From NCBI RefSeq assembly GCF_006345805.1, contig NC_043006.1, positions 94,426,001 to 94,490,000 on the forward strand: a DNA stretch of 64,000 bases, written 5' to 3'. The notes under the pieces were generated by a model. It had not been told where the DNA came from. It saw only the letters and a list, made by a program, of their open reading frames with translations, and made no database searches. The translations under genes and the position numbers were made by a program. The stretch is from Octopus sinensis (taxonomy: Eukaryota). This document shows positions 1 to 12,135 of the stretch, in pieces (the stretch's first letter is position 1; the number at the start of each line of letters is the position of its first letter).

Positions 1-395
1 AGACAGGCCAATTGTCTTGCAAGACAAGTGCTTGACCACATGTTGTACAAAGAACACTATTCAAGTTACAGGAACTTAACTTGGAAGTACTCTGTCATCC
101 ACCATATTCACCAGACCTTGCATCAACTGACCATCACATTTTCCAAGCATTAGACAACTTTTTGCAACGAAAAAAACTTCAAATCTGAAGAAGATGCAAA
201 AACAGCCTTTCGTGATTTCATCACCTTTTGCTCTCCAGAATTCTTCACTGCCAGCATAAATAAGCTACCGATAAAATGGCAGAACTGTGTTGATCATTTA
301 TGCTTTGATTCACTGCATTGCTTTTTGTCGAGGTAAAGTAAAATAAACTTTCAGTTCAAAATTGGACAGATCATTCTCCCTATAACATTAAGAGA
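1..395 (+). mobile_element. Mariner-family transposase 3' remnant (pseudogenised)
   Basis: Manual translation gives ...RPIVLQD, a frameshift, then PHVVQRTLFKLQELNLEVLCHPPYSPDLASTDHHIFQALDNFL and INKLPIKWQNCVD. The HPPYSPDLA motif (starts at 96) and C-terminus are typical of mariner. Confidence 0.85.
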
Positions 396-739
396 CACGC
401 AGTTTACTCACACATACACATATAAACAGCCAACACTACACAAACACCACGCACACAACACACGCACACACACCTGCGCGCACGCACATACCCACACATA
501 CACACACATACTTCCTTCTCTCTAACACTCCTGTCTTAGAAATAACTTTGTTTTTCACCCATTTCATTCCCGTCATTTCAAACTGGAACCACGTCTGAGT
601 CGTTTGCGATTTTTTTCTTCCCTCTTCCTTTTCTCTCGGACTTTCCTTCCCTGTGCCTCTGCTAAGATTTTGCATGCTCGCGTTGTTTTTTTCTTTTTTT
701 TGCTTGTTTATTCTTCGTTGAATCGCTAGCTTCTGCACG

Positions 740-925
740 CATTTTTTCTCTCTCCTTGTTTCTCTCCGTGTTTCTTTTCTGTGTATCTTTCTGTTGAAGA
801 GCGTAGGCTCGAAACGTAAAAGACTTGTTTTATTTATATTCCTGAGCGCCATACTAATACAATTGTTTGTTTGTACTGCACCTGCCTTCGTCTTTTATTT
901 ATTTTCATAAAGCTTCCCGTTATAC
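740..925 (+). mobile_element. Non-coding Penelope-like repeat, family A
   Basis: Near-identical copy at 29530-29690; contains a hammerhead-like motif at 786-823. Confidence 0.6.
786..823 (+). ncRNA. Minimal hammerhead ribozyme variant (A6U core)
   Basis: UCUUU-CUGUUGA-A-GAG cguagg CUC-GAAAC-GUA-AAAGA: stem I 5 bp perfect, stem II 3 bp, palindromic ACGU stem III, GUA cleavage triplet. Confidence 0.5.
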
Positions 926-931
926 ATATAT

Positions 932-1338
932 ACGAGCAAAACGCCCCACGTCCAATGGACGGTGCTGAGTTGTCAAACATTTAAGCCAAATTTTCTCAAA
1001 ACAACTTGTCCGACCGTCCCATAGGCATCCCATGTGAGAAACAGTGATTTAACTTTGAGACACCACACAGGCCGGCTTCTTTTGCGCAAACTGCACGTGC
1101 ACTTTTTCTTGCGTGCGCATAGTATCGATCGCAACAGCTGATGTACTTGTGCGTAGAAATGCACGTTCCCACAGCTTTATCGATCGCATTCTCGCCTGGA
1201 ATCGAATTTTGTAATATCTTCAAGACTTTACACGCCTTGATACTGTCGGTATCTACATATCAAATTTGAGCGCAATCGGATGGAGGATGCCCGAGATCCT
1301 AGAAGACACAGACAGACAGAACAGATTTTATATAATAT
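932..1338 (-). mobile_element. Non-autonomous Helitron-like element
   Basis: Minus-strand 5' end is TATATAAAA followed by a tctg microsatellite; the 3' end has hairpin cgtcca-t-tggacg followed by CTCGT (CTAGT-like). Confidence 0.6.
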
Positions 1339-1359
1339 ATATATAAACATATAAAGTTA

Positions 1360-1535
1360 ATCCAAACATGAAAACACAAAGAGAAAACACGAGGACGTGG
1401 AACAAGTATAGGAAAGGAAAGAAGGAGAATTTAACGTTTCGAGCGGAGCTCTTCGTCAGAAACATAGATAAAGGAAAGATCCAAGGAAGGGAAGACGGAG
1501 GGAAAAAATCGCCAACGATTCACACGCGGTCACAT
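1360..1535 (-). mobile_element. Non-coding Penelope-like repeat, family B
   Basis: Homologous copies at about 6590-6890, 9715-9925 and 12160-12390; carries a hammerhead motif. Confidence 0.6.
1429..1463 (-). ncRNA. Minimal hammerhead ribozyme (canonical core)
   Basis: Minus strand GUUU-CUGACGA-A-GAG cuccg CUC-GAAAC-GUU-AAAU; palindromic AACGUU stem III. Confidence 0.6.
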
Positions 1536-1594
1536 ATACACACACACATACACAGACGCACACACACATACACACACACAAACACACACACATA

Positions 1595-1923
1595 TACTCT
1601 TTTACTTGTTTCAGCCATTTGATAGTGGCCATGCCGGAGCACCACTTTCGTCGAACAAATCGACTCCAGGACTTATTCTTTGTAAGCCTAGTACTTATTC
1701 TATCGGTCATACTTGCCGAACTGCTATGTTACGAAAACACATACACACACATACACATACATATATATACATATACGACGGGTTTCTTTCAGTTTCCGTC
1801 TACCAAATCTACTCACAAGGCTTTGGTTGGCCTAAGGCTTTATATAGACACTTGCCGAAGGTGCCACAGAGACCATGTGGTTGGTAAGCAAGCTTCTTAC
1901 CACACAGCCACTCCTGCACCTAT
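1595..1923 (-). mobile_element. tRNA-derived SINE family 1 (LINE-like 3' tail)
   Basis: Matches the full copy at 22401-22825 (head gcaggagtggctgtgtggtaag, body, tail cagcatggcc...gctgaaac). Confidence 0.85.
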
Positions 1924-1960
1924 TAATGAGTCTGTGAGTGCATGTATGAGTGTGTGCGTG

Positions 1961-2013
<53 letters not shown>

Positions 2014-2489
2014 TGAGAGGGTGAATTTGAAGGATTTCTGATTGCGTTGAAGGAGGATCAGTGCTTTTCGTACGAGAAACGGCAAAAAAAAGTAATGGAG
2101 CAGAACACATTAGGTAACTTTAGAATATGTGGAAGATGGGAGGAAGCAACCAGTATGAAGGCGTCGTTAATAAGCGCCCTCTACCGTCACTACAACCACC
2201 ACGATCACCACTACATCCTCTGACACTGGCTCCCCCATTACTGCCGCTCTTCCGTCGACATTAAGTAGTCCGACTGCTAACACAGACAACAAGCTTCGTC
2301 CTCTATCTTTACCATAGCGTCTACCTAACTAGAACACCGACGATGCCACCACCACCACCACCACCGCCGCCACCAACAACAACATCGTCACAACTATCCC
2401 AGCATTTAAGGTGGGTGGGTGGAGACATCGCCGGTGGGTGGTGGCATCGCCGTGTGTGTTCGAGCTGCTAGAAATAGTTCTTTTATCTA

Positions 2490-2681
2490 CTATCATTTTA
2501 CTCATTTGACTACGGCCATGCTGGGGTACCGCCTTGAAGAATTTTTCATCGAATGGATCAACCCCAATACCCATCGCTTTTAAACTTGCTTCTTATTCAT
2601 ATCTGACACTGTTTACCAAACTGCTAGGTGACGGGGAACCAAGCACTCCAGTACAGGCTGTCAGCCGGGAAAGGGGGTGGC

Positions 2682-2714
<33 letters not shown>

Positions 2715-2895
2715 ACACATATATATGTATCCGATGGCCTTCTTTCAGTTTCCGTCTACCAAAGCCACTCACAAAGCTTTGGTCGGCCCGGGGCTATAGT
2801 AGAAGGCACCTGACCAAGGCGCCACGCAGTGGGACTGAACCCAGAATCATGTGGTTGGGAAGGAAACGCATCGAATCACACAACCACGCCTGTAA
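2490..2895 (-). mobile_element. SINE family 1, diverged copy
   Basis: Head at 2725-2895 and degraded tail catttgactacggccatgctgggg near 2500-2530. Confidence 0.7.
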
Positions 2896-3503
2896 AGCAA
2901 CATGAACAACAAGTAGAATAAGGCACAAAACAAACGTGACCCCTAAACTCTATCCACTACTCCCTCAACACCTTCCGCAACACATCGCCCCCCCCCCCCG
3001 CTCCGCCAAACCGCCATACACGATAGCGCCCCCCCACCACCCCGCCACCGACATTTTATCCTCCTAACCTTTACTTTCACAACTTCTGTTTATTTACTCC
3101 TATCAGGTTTCGCCTCTAAATCTTCCATCGGTGTTCCGCCATGTTTTTTGTCTTAACCCAAGCAGCCAAGGAACCCAGCAAGTTACTAAGCAACTAGCCA
3201 ACTTACCAACCAATCAACAAACCAACCAACAAGCCAACTGACCGACCAACCAAACACACCGTCCCGCCCCGATCCCCACACAACACCTCTGCTAGTCTCC
3301 TTAAATATATCTGTTCCTCTGTCCCACACCCCCAGCCACCACCACCACCACCACCACCACCACCACCACCACGATATTCCTCCTCACCTACGAACGAAGC
3401 TTTCTCCATCTGGCACTGGGAACCTTGAGCTATAAGTGTAGACAACACCGACCATACCACTATCTTTTACTGTTGCTGCTGCTACTACTACTACTACTAC
3501 TAC

Positions 3504-3568
<65 letters not shown>

Positions 3569-4011
3569 TAATCACCACTACTATAAGCAACAGCAACACG
3601 ACGACGACGACGACGACGACGACCACCACCACCACCACCACCACCACCACTACCTCCGCCACTTTTACTGCCCCTACTTCGACTACCGCCACAACTACCT
3701 ATAATAGCAAACCCACCACCGTTACTACTATCTCTACCCCATTTTTTTTGTGCCTTCAGTTATTCATGTCTCTCAGCTAACCCCTACTTCCCAAAATTTT
3801 CAGTCACCATTATCTTTTCTCCCTTCCATTCCTTCCTTCCTTCCTTCCTTCCTTTCTTTCTTTTTTTCTTTCTTTCGCTCTTTCTCTTTTTCTTTCTTGT
3901 CTCCTATGTATTTTTCTTTCTCTATTCGTGTACGCGTGTGTACATATATATTTATATAACTAAACAATATATAAATATATGCATATATACATACATATAT
4001 GTACATACCTA

Positions 4012-4152
4012 TTTCTTTATTACCTACAAGGGGTTAAACACAGAGGGGACAAACAAGGACAGACAAACGGATTAAGTCAAATATATCACCCTCAGTGCGT
4101 TACTGGTACTTAATTTATCGACCCCGAAAGGATGAAAGGCAAAGTCGACCTC
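4012..4152 (-). mobile_element. SINE family 2, 3' part
   Basis: Shares tcgaccccgaaaggatgaaaggcaaagtcgacct with copies at 19.5, 37.4 and 57.4 kb. Confidence 0.75.
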
Positions 4153-4602
4153 ATATATGTACATATATGTACATACCGACATATATATGTATATATACAT
4201 GCATATATGGGTACAGGATATAAAAAAAAAAATGTGAACAAACGAGAACATAAAGAAACAAAAACATAGAAAATGAACTTTTTTTGGAACAACGAAAGAA
4301 ACAGAAAGAGAAACGAGACAGGCAACATAAAGAACATTCGCTTCATCACGGATTTATGCTTATATACAGACACACGCATACATGTCTGTCTATCTGTCCC
4401 TCTCTCTCTCTCTACACACATATATGTATATATATATAGTGACGTATTTTTGCCATTTCAATATGGCTAACCCCTAAGGGTGGATGCTACTGTAGTTTTT
4501 AGCCCCAGGAGGACACACTCCTCCAGCTGGCCATAGACACACTCTTCGTGTCCTGTCAGTATTTGCAAAGGGAAGTCATCCTTCCCGTCTTCAACTATGA
4601 TA

Positions 4603-4646
4603 CACACGGACTCGAGTTTCGAGGTATTGACCTCTCGCAGCGTGTG
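4603..4646 (-). ncRNA. Minimal hammerhead ribozyme, copy with 1-nt core deletion
   Basis: CACACG-CUG(-)CGA-GAGG ucaaua CCUC-GAAAC-UCGA-GUC-CGUGUG; stem I 6 bp perfect. Confidence 0.6.
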
Positions 4647-4919
4647 ACAATCATAGTTGTCGCCGAGAATTAGATTTCTTCACAAATACTTATACGTTTT
4701 CCAGCGTCCACTGTCGCTGATATTGAAAAAGTGAAATAAAACAATGATAAAATCAAAAGTAAGTTATATACAGTAGCGGAACACATCGTGACGTATTTTG
4801 ACCATTTATGGCTAACCCCTAAGGGTGGATGCACTTTTTTCAATATCAGCGACAGTGGACGCTGGAAAAAGTATAAGTATTTGTGAAGGAAATCTAATCT
4901 CGGCGACAACTATGATTGT

Positions 4920-4964
4920 CACACGCTGACGAGAGGTCAATACCTCGAAACTCGAGTCCGGTGT
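4920..4964 (+). ncRNA. Minimal hammerhead ribozyme, canonical core
   Basis: CACACG-CUGACGA-GAGG ucaaua CCUC-GAAAC-UCGA-GUC-CGGUGU; palindromic ACUCGAGU stem III; 1-nt lesion in the 3' strand of stem I. Confidence 0.75.
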
Positions 4965-5640
4965 ATCATAAGTTGAAGACGGAAGGATGACTTCCCTTTG
5001 CAAATACTGACAGGACACAGATAGTGTGTCTATGGCCAGCTGGAGGAGTGTGTCCTCCTGGGGCTAAAAACTACAGTAGCATCACCCTTAGGGGTTAGCC
5101 ATATTGAAATGGCAACAAATACGTCACGATGTGTTACCGCTACTGGATAAAATTACTTTGATATTATCATTGTTATATATATATATATAATATTATATAT
5201 GTATATATATATATATATATATCTTTAAATATAAAATAATATATATATATATATTATACATGATATATAATTATTATAATATATTTAAGATATATATATT
5301 ACATATATATATATATTTTAAATTTACAGATATATATATATATATATATACACACACAAATATTATATATTATAAATGTGTGTGGGTGTTTATATTCTTT
5401 AATATTCCTTTATCGGTTTATTGTCATTTCCCAACTATTTTCATCTGCTAAAACAATTTACTTTTTACTTACCTGGGTGGGCTGTTACAAGTATTTGTCT
5501 TTCAACGTAGCAAAGCAACATTGAACAATAAATTACTTCTACAACGCCTCCTTCCAAAAGTAAAATGTAAATAGGAATAAAAACGACTTGTCACGCGGAT
5601 GCTAAAATGTGTGTGCGTATACATATATATATATATATGC

Positions 5641-6034
5641 TCTTTACTCTTTTACTTGTTGCAGTCATTTGACTGCGGCCATGCTGGAGCACCGCCTATA
5701 GTCGAGCAAATCGACCCCGGGACTTATTCTTTGCAAGCCCAGTACTTATTCTATCGGTCTCTTTTGCCGAACCGCTAAGTGATGGGGACGTAAACACACC
5801 AGCATCGGTTGTCAAGCAATGCTAGGGGGACAAACACACAAACACACACACCACATTATATATATACATATATACGACAGGCTTTTTTCCGTTTCCGTCT
5901 ACCAATCCACTCACAGGCATGGTCGGCCCGGGGCTATAGCAGAAGACACTTGCCCAAGATGCCACGCAGTGGGACTGAACCCGGAACCATGTGGTTGGTT
6001 AGCAAGCTACTTACCACACAGCCACTCCTGCGCC

Positions 6035-6037
<3 letters not shown>
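5641..6037 (-). mobile_element. SINE family 1, full-length copy
   Basis: Reverse complement of 22401-22825 including the (GTAAAAGA)n tail and internal TA/CA tract. Confidence 0.9.
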
Positions 6038-6088
<51 letters not shown>

Positions 6089-6095
6089 ATATATA

Positions 6096-6136
<41 letters not shown>

Positions 6137-6301
6137 GTAGTAGTAGTAGGTTTATCCTGAGCTTCACCACCATAAAGTGCTAGCTCTTTACAGGTTCTTC
6201 AAACCCTAACCCATATGTATATAGTGGTGGTGTGTGTGGTGTTGTGTGTGTGTGTATATATATTTATGTGCACCACTCACTATGGTAGTGGTAGTAATGA
6301 T

Positions 6302-6550
6302 GGTAGCTGATGCATAATCATTGCGGCTTTTTTTCAACGATTTTTATTCAACTAAAACAATAACAAGATGTAACAAAAACATCTTTAAATTTTTATTCCG
6401 GGGCATAATCACCATCTACTTCAATCACTGCTTCCCATTTCTTGGCAGATAGTCAGACCGTCATTTAAACAAGTTTTTGTTAATATTCTCATTGCTTTTG
6501 TTGAATAATTTTTGAAAAAAAAGCCTCAACAATTATGCACCAAACCAATA
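6302..6550 (-). mobile_element. Mariner deletion derivative / MITE
   Basis: Terminal inverted repeats tgcataatcattgcggctttttt and aaaaagcctcaacaattatgca; the internal minus strand encodes KWEAVIEVDGDY, like a mariner C-terminus. Confidence 0.7.
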
Positions 6551-6589
6551 TATATATATATATATATATATATAGATATATATATATAT

Positions 6590-6890
6590 ATAATTTTAAT
6601 CCAAAAGGGAAACAAAAAAACACTACAACCGGAACAATACAGTATTATTTTAATAGGCGCTCAGGAGATGGAAAGCAGGGAGGTATGACGTTTCGAGCGG
6701 AGCTCTTCGTCGGAAACATAAAGAAGGAGAGAGAGGAAAGAAAGATCCCAGAGCGGGCAACAGGAAAGAGAAAAAAGACGACTGGTGTTTACGAGTTGCA
6801 CATGGGTGAAAGGCGGATGTTTTGACGATAACAAGAGCAAAGTGGTTTTTAAAGGCAAAAGAGTGGAGACAAGGTTGGTAACCCAACAGA
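6590..6890 (-). mobile_element. Penelope-like repeat family B copy with mutated hammerhead (6683-6717)
   Basis: Minus strand CCGACGA-A-GAG cuccg CUC-GAAAC-GUC (U4C substitution). Confidence 0.55.
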
Positions 6891-7605
6891 TGTGTTGTGT
6901 ATGTGTGAGTGTGTGCTGTGCGTGTGTGTATGTGTGTGTGTGAGGCGAGATGAAAAACACAAAAAATATGTGTGTGGTAGTGTGTGCGTCCTGTGTGTAG
7001 GCGTGTGAGGTAGGGCGAGACTAGTGGTCAGCTAGCAGACAAGGTCAGTATTAAGAAAAAGAAGGAAGGAGGAAGGGAGGTCAGTAGTAAGAAAAGAAGG
7101 AAGGAGGAAGGGAGGGAGGGGAAGGGGGTGGGGGCGTATGTAGCGTGCCAGCGTGTGTTGAGTAGTAGTGTGTGTGTGTGTCCAGTGTCGTGGTGGTATT
7201 AATGGCGAGTAGATTGAATGTGTGTAAGAGTGATGTATATATATAGGCAAGGTGTGTATATGTGTGCGCGTGTGTGTAACGAAAAAGGGGGGGTTTAAGG
7301 AAAAAGGACTCCAGCTGAGGGGAAGATGGAAGAGTGGTACCGCGGAGACAGCGTGGAAAACCCAACGACACGCGACGGGTCCCAGGAACGGGCGGGAGGT
7401 CTCGTCAGGTCCAAGAGCGAGGTGTATCGGCGCGTATGCAGCGCGAGCCGGCGCAAGTGCGTATGTGCGCGTGCCTGCGAGTATGCGCGTATATGTATGT
7501 GTGTGGATGTGTGAGTGTGTCTGTGTGTATGTCTGGGTGGCAGTGTGTCCGATGAATATATATATATATATATTATGTATGTATGTATATATATATATTA
7601 CAAAA

Positions 7606-7646
<41 letters not shown>

Positions 7647-8487
7647 ATATATATATATATATATTATGTTTATATATATGTAATATATATGTATATCTAT
7701 ATAGTATATGTATATATTATGTATATATAATAACAAAATACTAAATATAACATATGCATATATACATACATATATGTACATACCTACATCTATATGTATA
7801 TATACATGCATATATACAGGACACCAAAAAAAACGTCAAACACAATGAGAAACGAAAACATACAAACAAAACAATGAAAACGGACAATTTTTTAACAACG
7901 AAAAAACAGAGTACAAGACATACAACACAAGTAAAATTCCCCTTCTTCAGCCGCCTGTGCTTCGTCTACTCCATGTTTCGAAGGTAAAGGCGAGACACGA
8001 CTTAGTTGAAGCAATCCTTCCCGCAAAGCAAATTAAATAAAATTTTTGATTTTTTTGTGGAGGGGTAAAACTGGTAACAAAACAGGACAGTAAAAACAAT
8101 ACAAATAAAAACAGTAAAAGACAGGACAAGGAGAATAACAGTAACACAAACAGTAAGGGCTGTTAAGCCTGAACGAAAGGAAAAATTATTTTGAACGCTT
8201 TGAAAACGGCTTGAGAGAGGGACAGAAAAGGCCATCTACACTTGTTGGAGGAAGTAGTCAGAAAGACAGTGGCCCTCTGGTCACGTGTCAGTGACGAGAG
8301 GGAGGAGGAGGAGAAAGAGAAAGGGAACGGTGAAAGGGAGAGAAAGAAAGGGGAGGGTGGTAGAGAAAACCAGAAAGAATGAAGAATGAGAGAGAGAAGG
8401 ACAATAAGGTGAGAAAAAAATAGAAAGAATGAAGAATGAGAGAGAGAATATATATTCTCCCTCTCTTTTATAAATATCTTTTATTAT

Positions 8488-8683
8488 TTTATTTGTTTCA
8501 GTCATATGACTGCGGCTATGCCGGAGAATCGCCTTTAGTCGATCAAATCGACCCCAAGACTTATTCTTTGTAAGTCTAGTACTTATTCTATCGGGATCTT
8601 TTGCCGAACCGCTAAGTTACGGGGACGTAAACACACCAACATCGGTTGACAAGCAATGTTGGGGTGACAAACACAGACACACA

Positions 8684-8722
<39 letters not shown>

Positions 8723-8852
8723 GACAGGCTTCTTTCAGTTTCCGTCTACCAAATCCACTCACAAGGCTTTGGTCGGCCCGAGGCTATAGTAGAGGGCACT
8801 TGCCCAAGGTGCCACGCAGTGGGACTGAACACGGAACCATGTGGTTGGGAAG
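8488..8852 (-). mobile_element. SINE family 1 copy
   Basis: Tail, body and most of the head match family 1. Confidence 0.85.
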
Positions 8853-9137
8853 CCCACAGTTATTTAACGTCTCGCCAAAACATCTGAGGGATCTTCATAG
8901 AGTAGGATTAGATGTTGTCAAGAAAGAACTTGACTCCCTGTTATCCAAGATTCCAGATGAACGTATATCAAGGAAGGAAACACAAAAAAAGGGCGGCAGT
9001 GTCGACCTCCCTCCTTTACACAAAACCAGTCACTTAAAATTGGACATAGAAAAAGTTATATTGGCGGTAATCCAGCATGTCCACAACCCTAGGGCTGAAA
9101 CGTGTCAAAGTAAAATATTGTATGTGTTTTGTATACA

Positions 9138-9192
<55 letters not shown>

Positions 9193-9283
9193 TATCTATC
9201 TCTATAACATACATACATATATCTATATATATATTATAATATATATTATATATATACTATATATATATATATATATATATATA

Positions 9284-9514
9284 CATGTTGGCCAAAAGTC
9301 ACCTGACTAATCAAACCATTTAATTCCAAGATTTATTTGTCTAACAACTGAAATGAAGGAATTTAATAAAAACATCTAAATATGAAGCATCATGGAAATT
9401 ATTCAAACTGAAGTCCTTCTTGAGCGACACATTTTTCCATTGGAGTCAGTAAAGAATTACAGATAGTATTTGTGGAATTTTGATTTACTGTCGGGTGACT
9501 TTTGTCCAACCTTG
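9284..9514 (-). mobile_element. Tc1/mariner MITE
   Basis: TIRs catgttggccaaaagtcacctgac and gtcgggtgacttttgtccaaccttg flanked by TA; the internal minus strand encodes MEKCVAQEGLQFE*, like a mariner C-terminus. Confidence 0.8.
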
Positions 9515-9714
9515 TATATAGGCGTAGGCGTGGCTGCGTAGTAAAAATCTTGCTTCCTAGCCACATGGTTTCGGGTTCAATCCCACTACGTGACACTTTG
9601 GGCAGGTGTCTTGTGAGTGGATTTGGTAGACGGAAACTAAAAGAACCCCGCCGTATATATATACATAACTATTTTATATATATATATATATTATATATAT
9701 ATATTATATTTAAG

Positions 9715-9925
9715 GTTAATCCAAACATGAAGACACAAAGAGAGAAAACACAACAACGCGAGGACGTGGAACATGTATAGTGTTATTGGACACTCAGAAA
9801 AGGAAAGAAAGAAGGAGGATTTAACGTTTCGAGCGGAGCTTTTGTCAGAAACATAGGAAAAGGAAAGATCCAGGAAGGGAAGACGGAGGAAAAAATCGCC
9901 AACGGTTACACATGCGGTCACCTTT
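9715..9925 (-). mobile_element. Penelope-like repeat family B copy (degenerate hammerhead 9819-9852)
   Basis: High similarity to 1360-1535; core reads CUGACAA. Confidence 0.6.
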
Positions 9926-9948
9926 TGAAATACATATATATAACTATG

Positions 9949-9989
<41 letters not shown>

Positions 9990-10311
9990 TATAGATATAG
10001 ATTATATATAGATATATATAACTATGTATATGTTGTGTGTCTGCGTTTGCCCCTCACCGCATCGCCTGACAACCGATGCTGGTGTATTTACGTCCCCGTA
10101 ACTTAGTGGTTCAACAAAAAGAACAGAAAGTTTATATTCGTGCGCGTGCATGTGTATGTGTGTGGAAGCTTTTAACTGGTGAACGATCTTGCGTAAAAGA
10201 AGAATTTTCTTTATATCTATTACATAATGATCTGAAACGTGCATATTAAATGCATCTAAAATATCAGCACTTGGTTTGAATTCATTATTATACAATATTT
10301 ATATGCGTATC

Positions 10312-10665
10312 ATAGGTGCAGGAGTGGCTGTGTTGTAAGTAGGTTGGTTACCAAACACATGGTTCCGGATTCAGTCACACTGTTTTGGCACCTCGAGTAT
10401 CTTCTACTATAGTCTCGGGCCGATCAAAGCCATGTGAGCTGATTTGGTAGACAGAAACTGAAAGAAGCCCGTTGTATATATATATATACATACGTGTGTG
10501 AGTGCATGTGTGTGTGTGTGTTTGTATGTATACGTCCCGTACCTTAGCGGTCTGGCAAAAGAGATCGATAGAATAAGTCTCGGGGTCGATTTCTTAGACT
10601 AAATGCTGAGCTCCAGCATGGTCGCAGCCAAATGACTGAAACAAGTAACAGAATAAAAGAATAGA
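10312..10665 (+). mobile_element. SINE family 1 copy
   Basis: Head ataggtgcaggagtggctg, tail cagcatggtcgcagccaaatgactgaaac. Confidence 0.85.
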
Positions 10666-10868
10666 ATATATATATATACATATGTAGAGAGAGAGAGAGA
10701 GAGAAGAGAGAGAGAGGGAGATAGAGAGGCCAGAGAAATCAGAGAAAGAGAGAGTGATACATACAGATAGAGAAACAGATAGAAAGACAGACAATATATT
10801 ATTATATATATATATTATATATATATAATTATATATATATATATATATTATATATATATATATATATA

Positions 10869-10923
<55 letters not shown>

Positions 10924-10934
10924 ATTATATATAT

Positions 10935-10979
<45 letters not shown>

Positions 10980-11004
10980 TATATGTAGATAGATAGATAG
11001 ATAG

Positions 11005-11042
<38 letters not shown>

Positions 11043-11355
11043 TAGATAGATTCGTTATTGGATCCATTAGTATCCAGCACATCATCACGTTGGATGCCAG
11101 AAATTGCTAAGTAAAATAAAGTAGAGTTCACAACCATGAAGATATCACGTGATGGTAGTATACTGTAGATATGTAGGTCTCTAAACCAATTTAAACTAGA
11201 TCCGGCTCAGGGCTGTTTCCGGGTGCAGCGTAAGTATGAAAGCAAGCGTTATGTGTCATATAATGACACCAGTCGATTCATATAAAGCTCGTCTTTCAAG
11301 CACATATGTGGTTTCAAGTGTACGACAGCTGTTTCGTTAGAATGTTATTGATATG

Positions 11356-11504
11356 GCCACCATTGGTTTCAGGATAAGAAAAATAGGAAAACATCCTAGT
11401 TTTTTAACACATGGAGAAAGGTGTTCGCCTCCAAGTGATCAGCTTGAAAAATTGTTAAGACAGGGATATTTTCCTGTTTTTCTTATTATGAAACCAATGG
11501 TGGC
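11356..11504. repeat. Inverted repeat / MITE-like hairpin
   Basis: Arms of about 50 bp (gccaccattggtttca... and ...tgaaaccaatggtggc) with a spacer of about 40 nt. Confidence 0.65.
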
Positions 11505-11635
11505 TTTAATTCACAAATAAAGAAATCATATCCACCAATGCAGTGCTGAACACTCTTTTTCCATCGTTCGACATTTGCGTATATATATATATATTCTTTT
11601 ATTTGTTTCAGTCATTTGAGTGCAACCATGCTGGA

Positions 11636-11675
<40 letters not shown>

Positions 11676-11699
11676 CTATAATTATATACATAATTATAA

Positions 11700-12135
11700 T
11701 CAGGCGTCAGCTAAGTGCCTCGCCACGTACTGAAATAGAAATAGACGCTGTCTTTTCAACTACCATAAAATCTCCGAGACAATAACACACTTTTTTATGT
11801 AGGTAAAAAGAAAAATGATGAATCCACGCGACTTCGGTTAGCCACAGACGCGTTTCGAGTTTAAAGTAAATCATATTTACCTTCTATTCTCCTCAGTGTG
11901 GTGCTCCGTGTTATAAATTTGCGAGTGTTAAGATTAAATATATACGCGATTAAACGTTCATCGCATAATTAATATTCAACCTCACTCCCAAAAATATACA
12001 GCTCAATGTGATACATATTTATATTTTATACCCACGTGTGTGTTATGACGTATCCTGCAGAAAAACCGCAGTTTCGATCATGGAGTAAATTATAATTTTA
12101 ATAATAATATAGGGTAAAATTTATTGATTAATTTT
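11700..12135 (-). mobile_element. Hammerhead-bearing repeat, diverged relative of the 550-bp unit at 16.8-18.7 kb
   Basis: Shares gccac(g/a)tactgaa..tagaaatag, aaaaccgcag and agggtaaaatt blocks in the same order around the ribozyme. Confidence 0.6.
11842..11901 (-). ncRNA. Minimal hammerhead ribozyme, canonical
   Basis: CCACA-CUGAGGA-GA..AAGGUAAAU aug AUUUACUUU..UC-GAAAC-GC-GUC-UGUGG; perfect 5-bp stem I, palindromic ACGCGU, GUC triplet. Confidence 0.8.

Larger units (their letters stand above)
4439..5174. mobile_element. About 350-bp unit hammerhead-bearing repeat in tandem plus inverted array (Penelope-like / retrozyme-like)
   Basis: gtgacgtattt at 4439 recurs at 4788 (period about 349); 4832-5174 is the reverse complement of the unit; each arm has a hammerhead motif. 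Confidence 0.75.

Noticed and set aside
7300-7421. GC-rich open frame GKRTPAEGKMEEWYRGDSVENP... as a possible exon
   Set aside because: No polypyrimidine tract, weak donor, noisy degenerate-microsatellite context and no recognisable homology.
7940-7995. Possible permuted hammerhead (GAAAC...GUA...CUGAAGA, minus strand)
   Set aside because: Stem I cannot be paired convincingly.
11310-11345. GAAAC-AGCU-GUC palindrome on the minus strand
   Set aside because: No CUGANGA core upstream.
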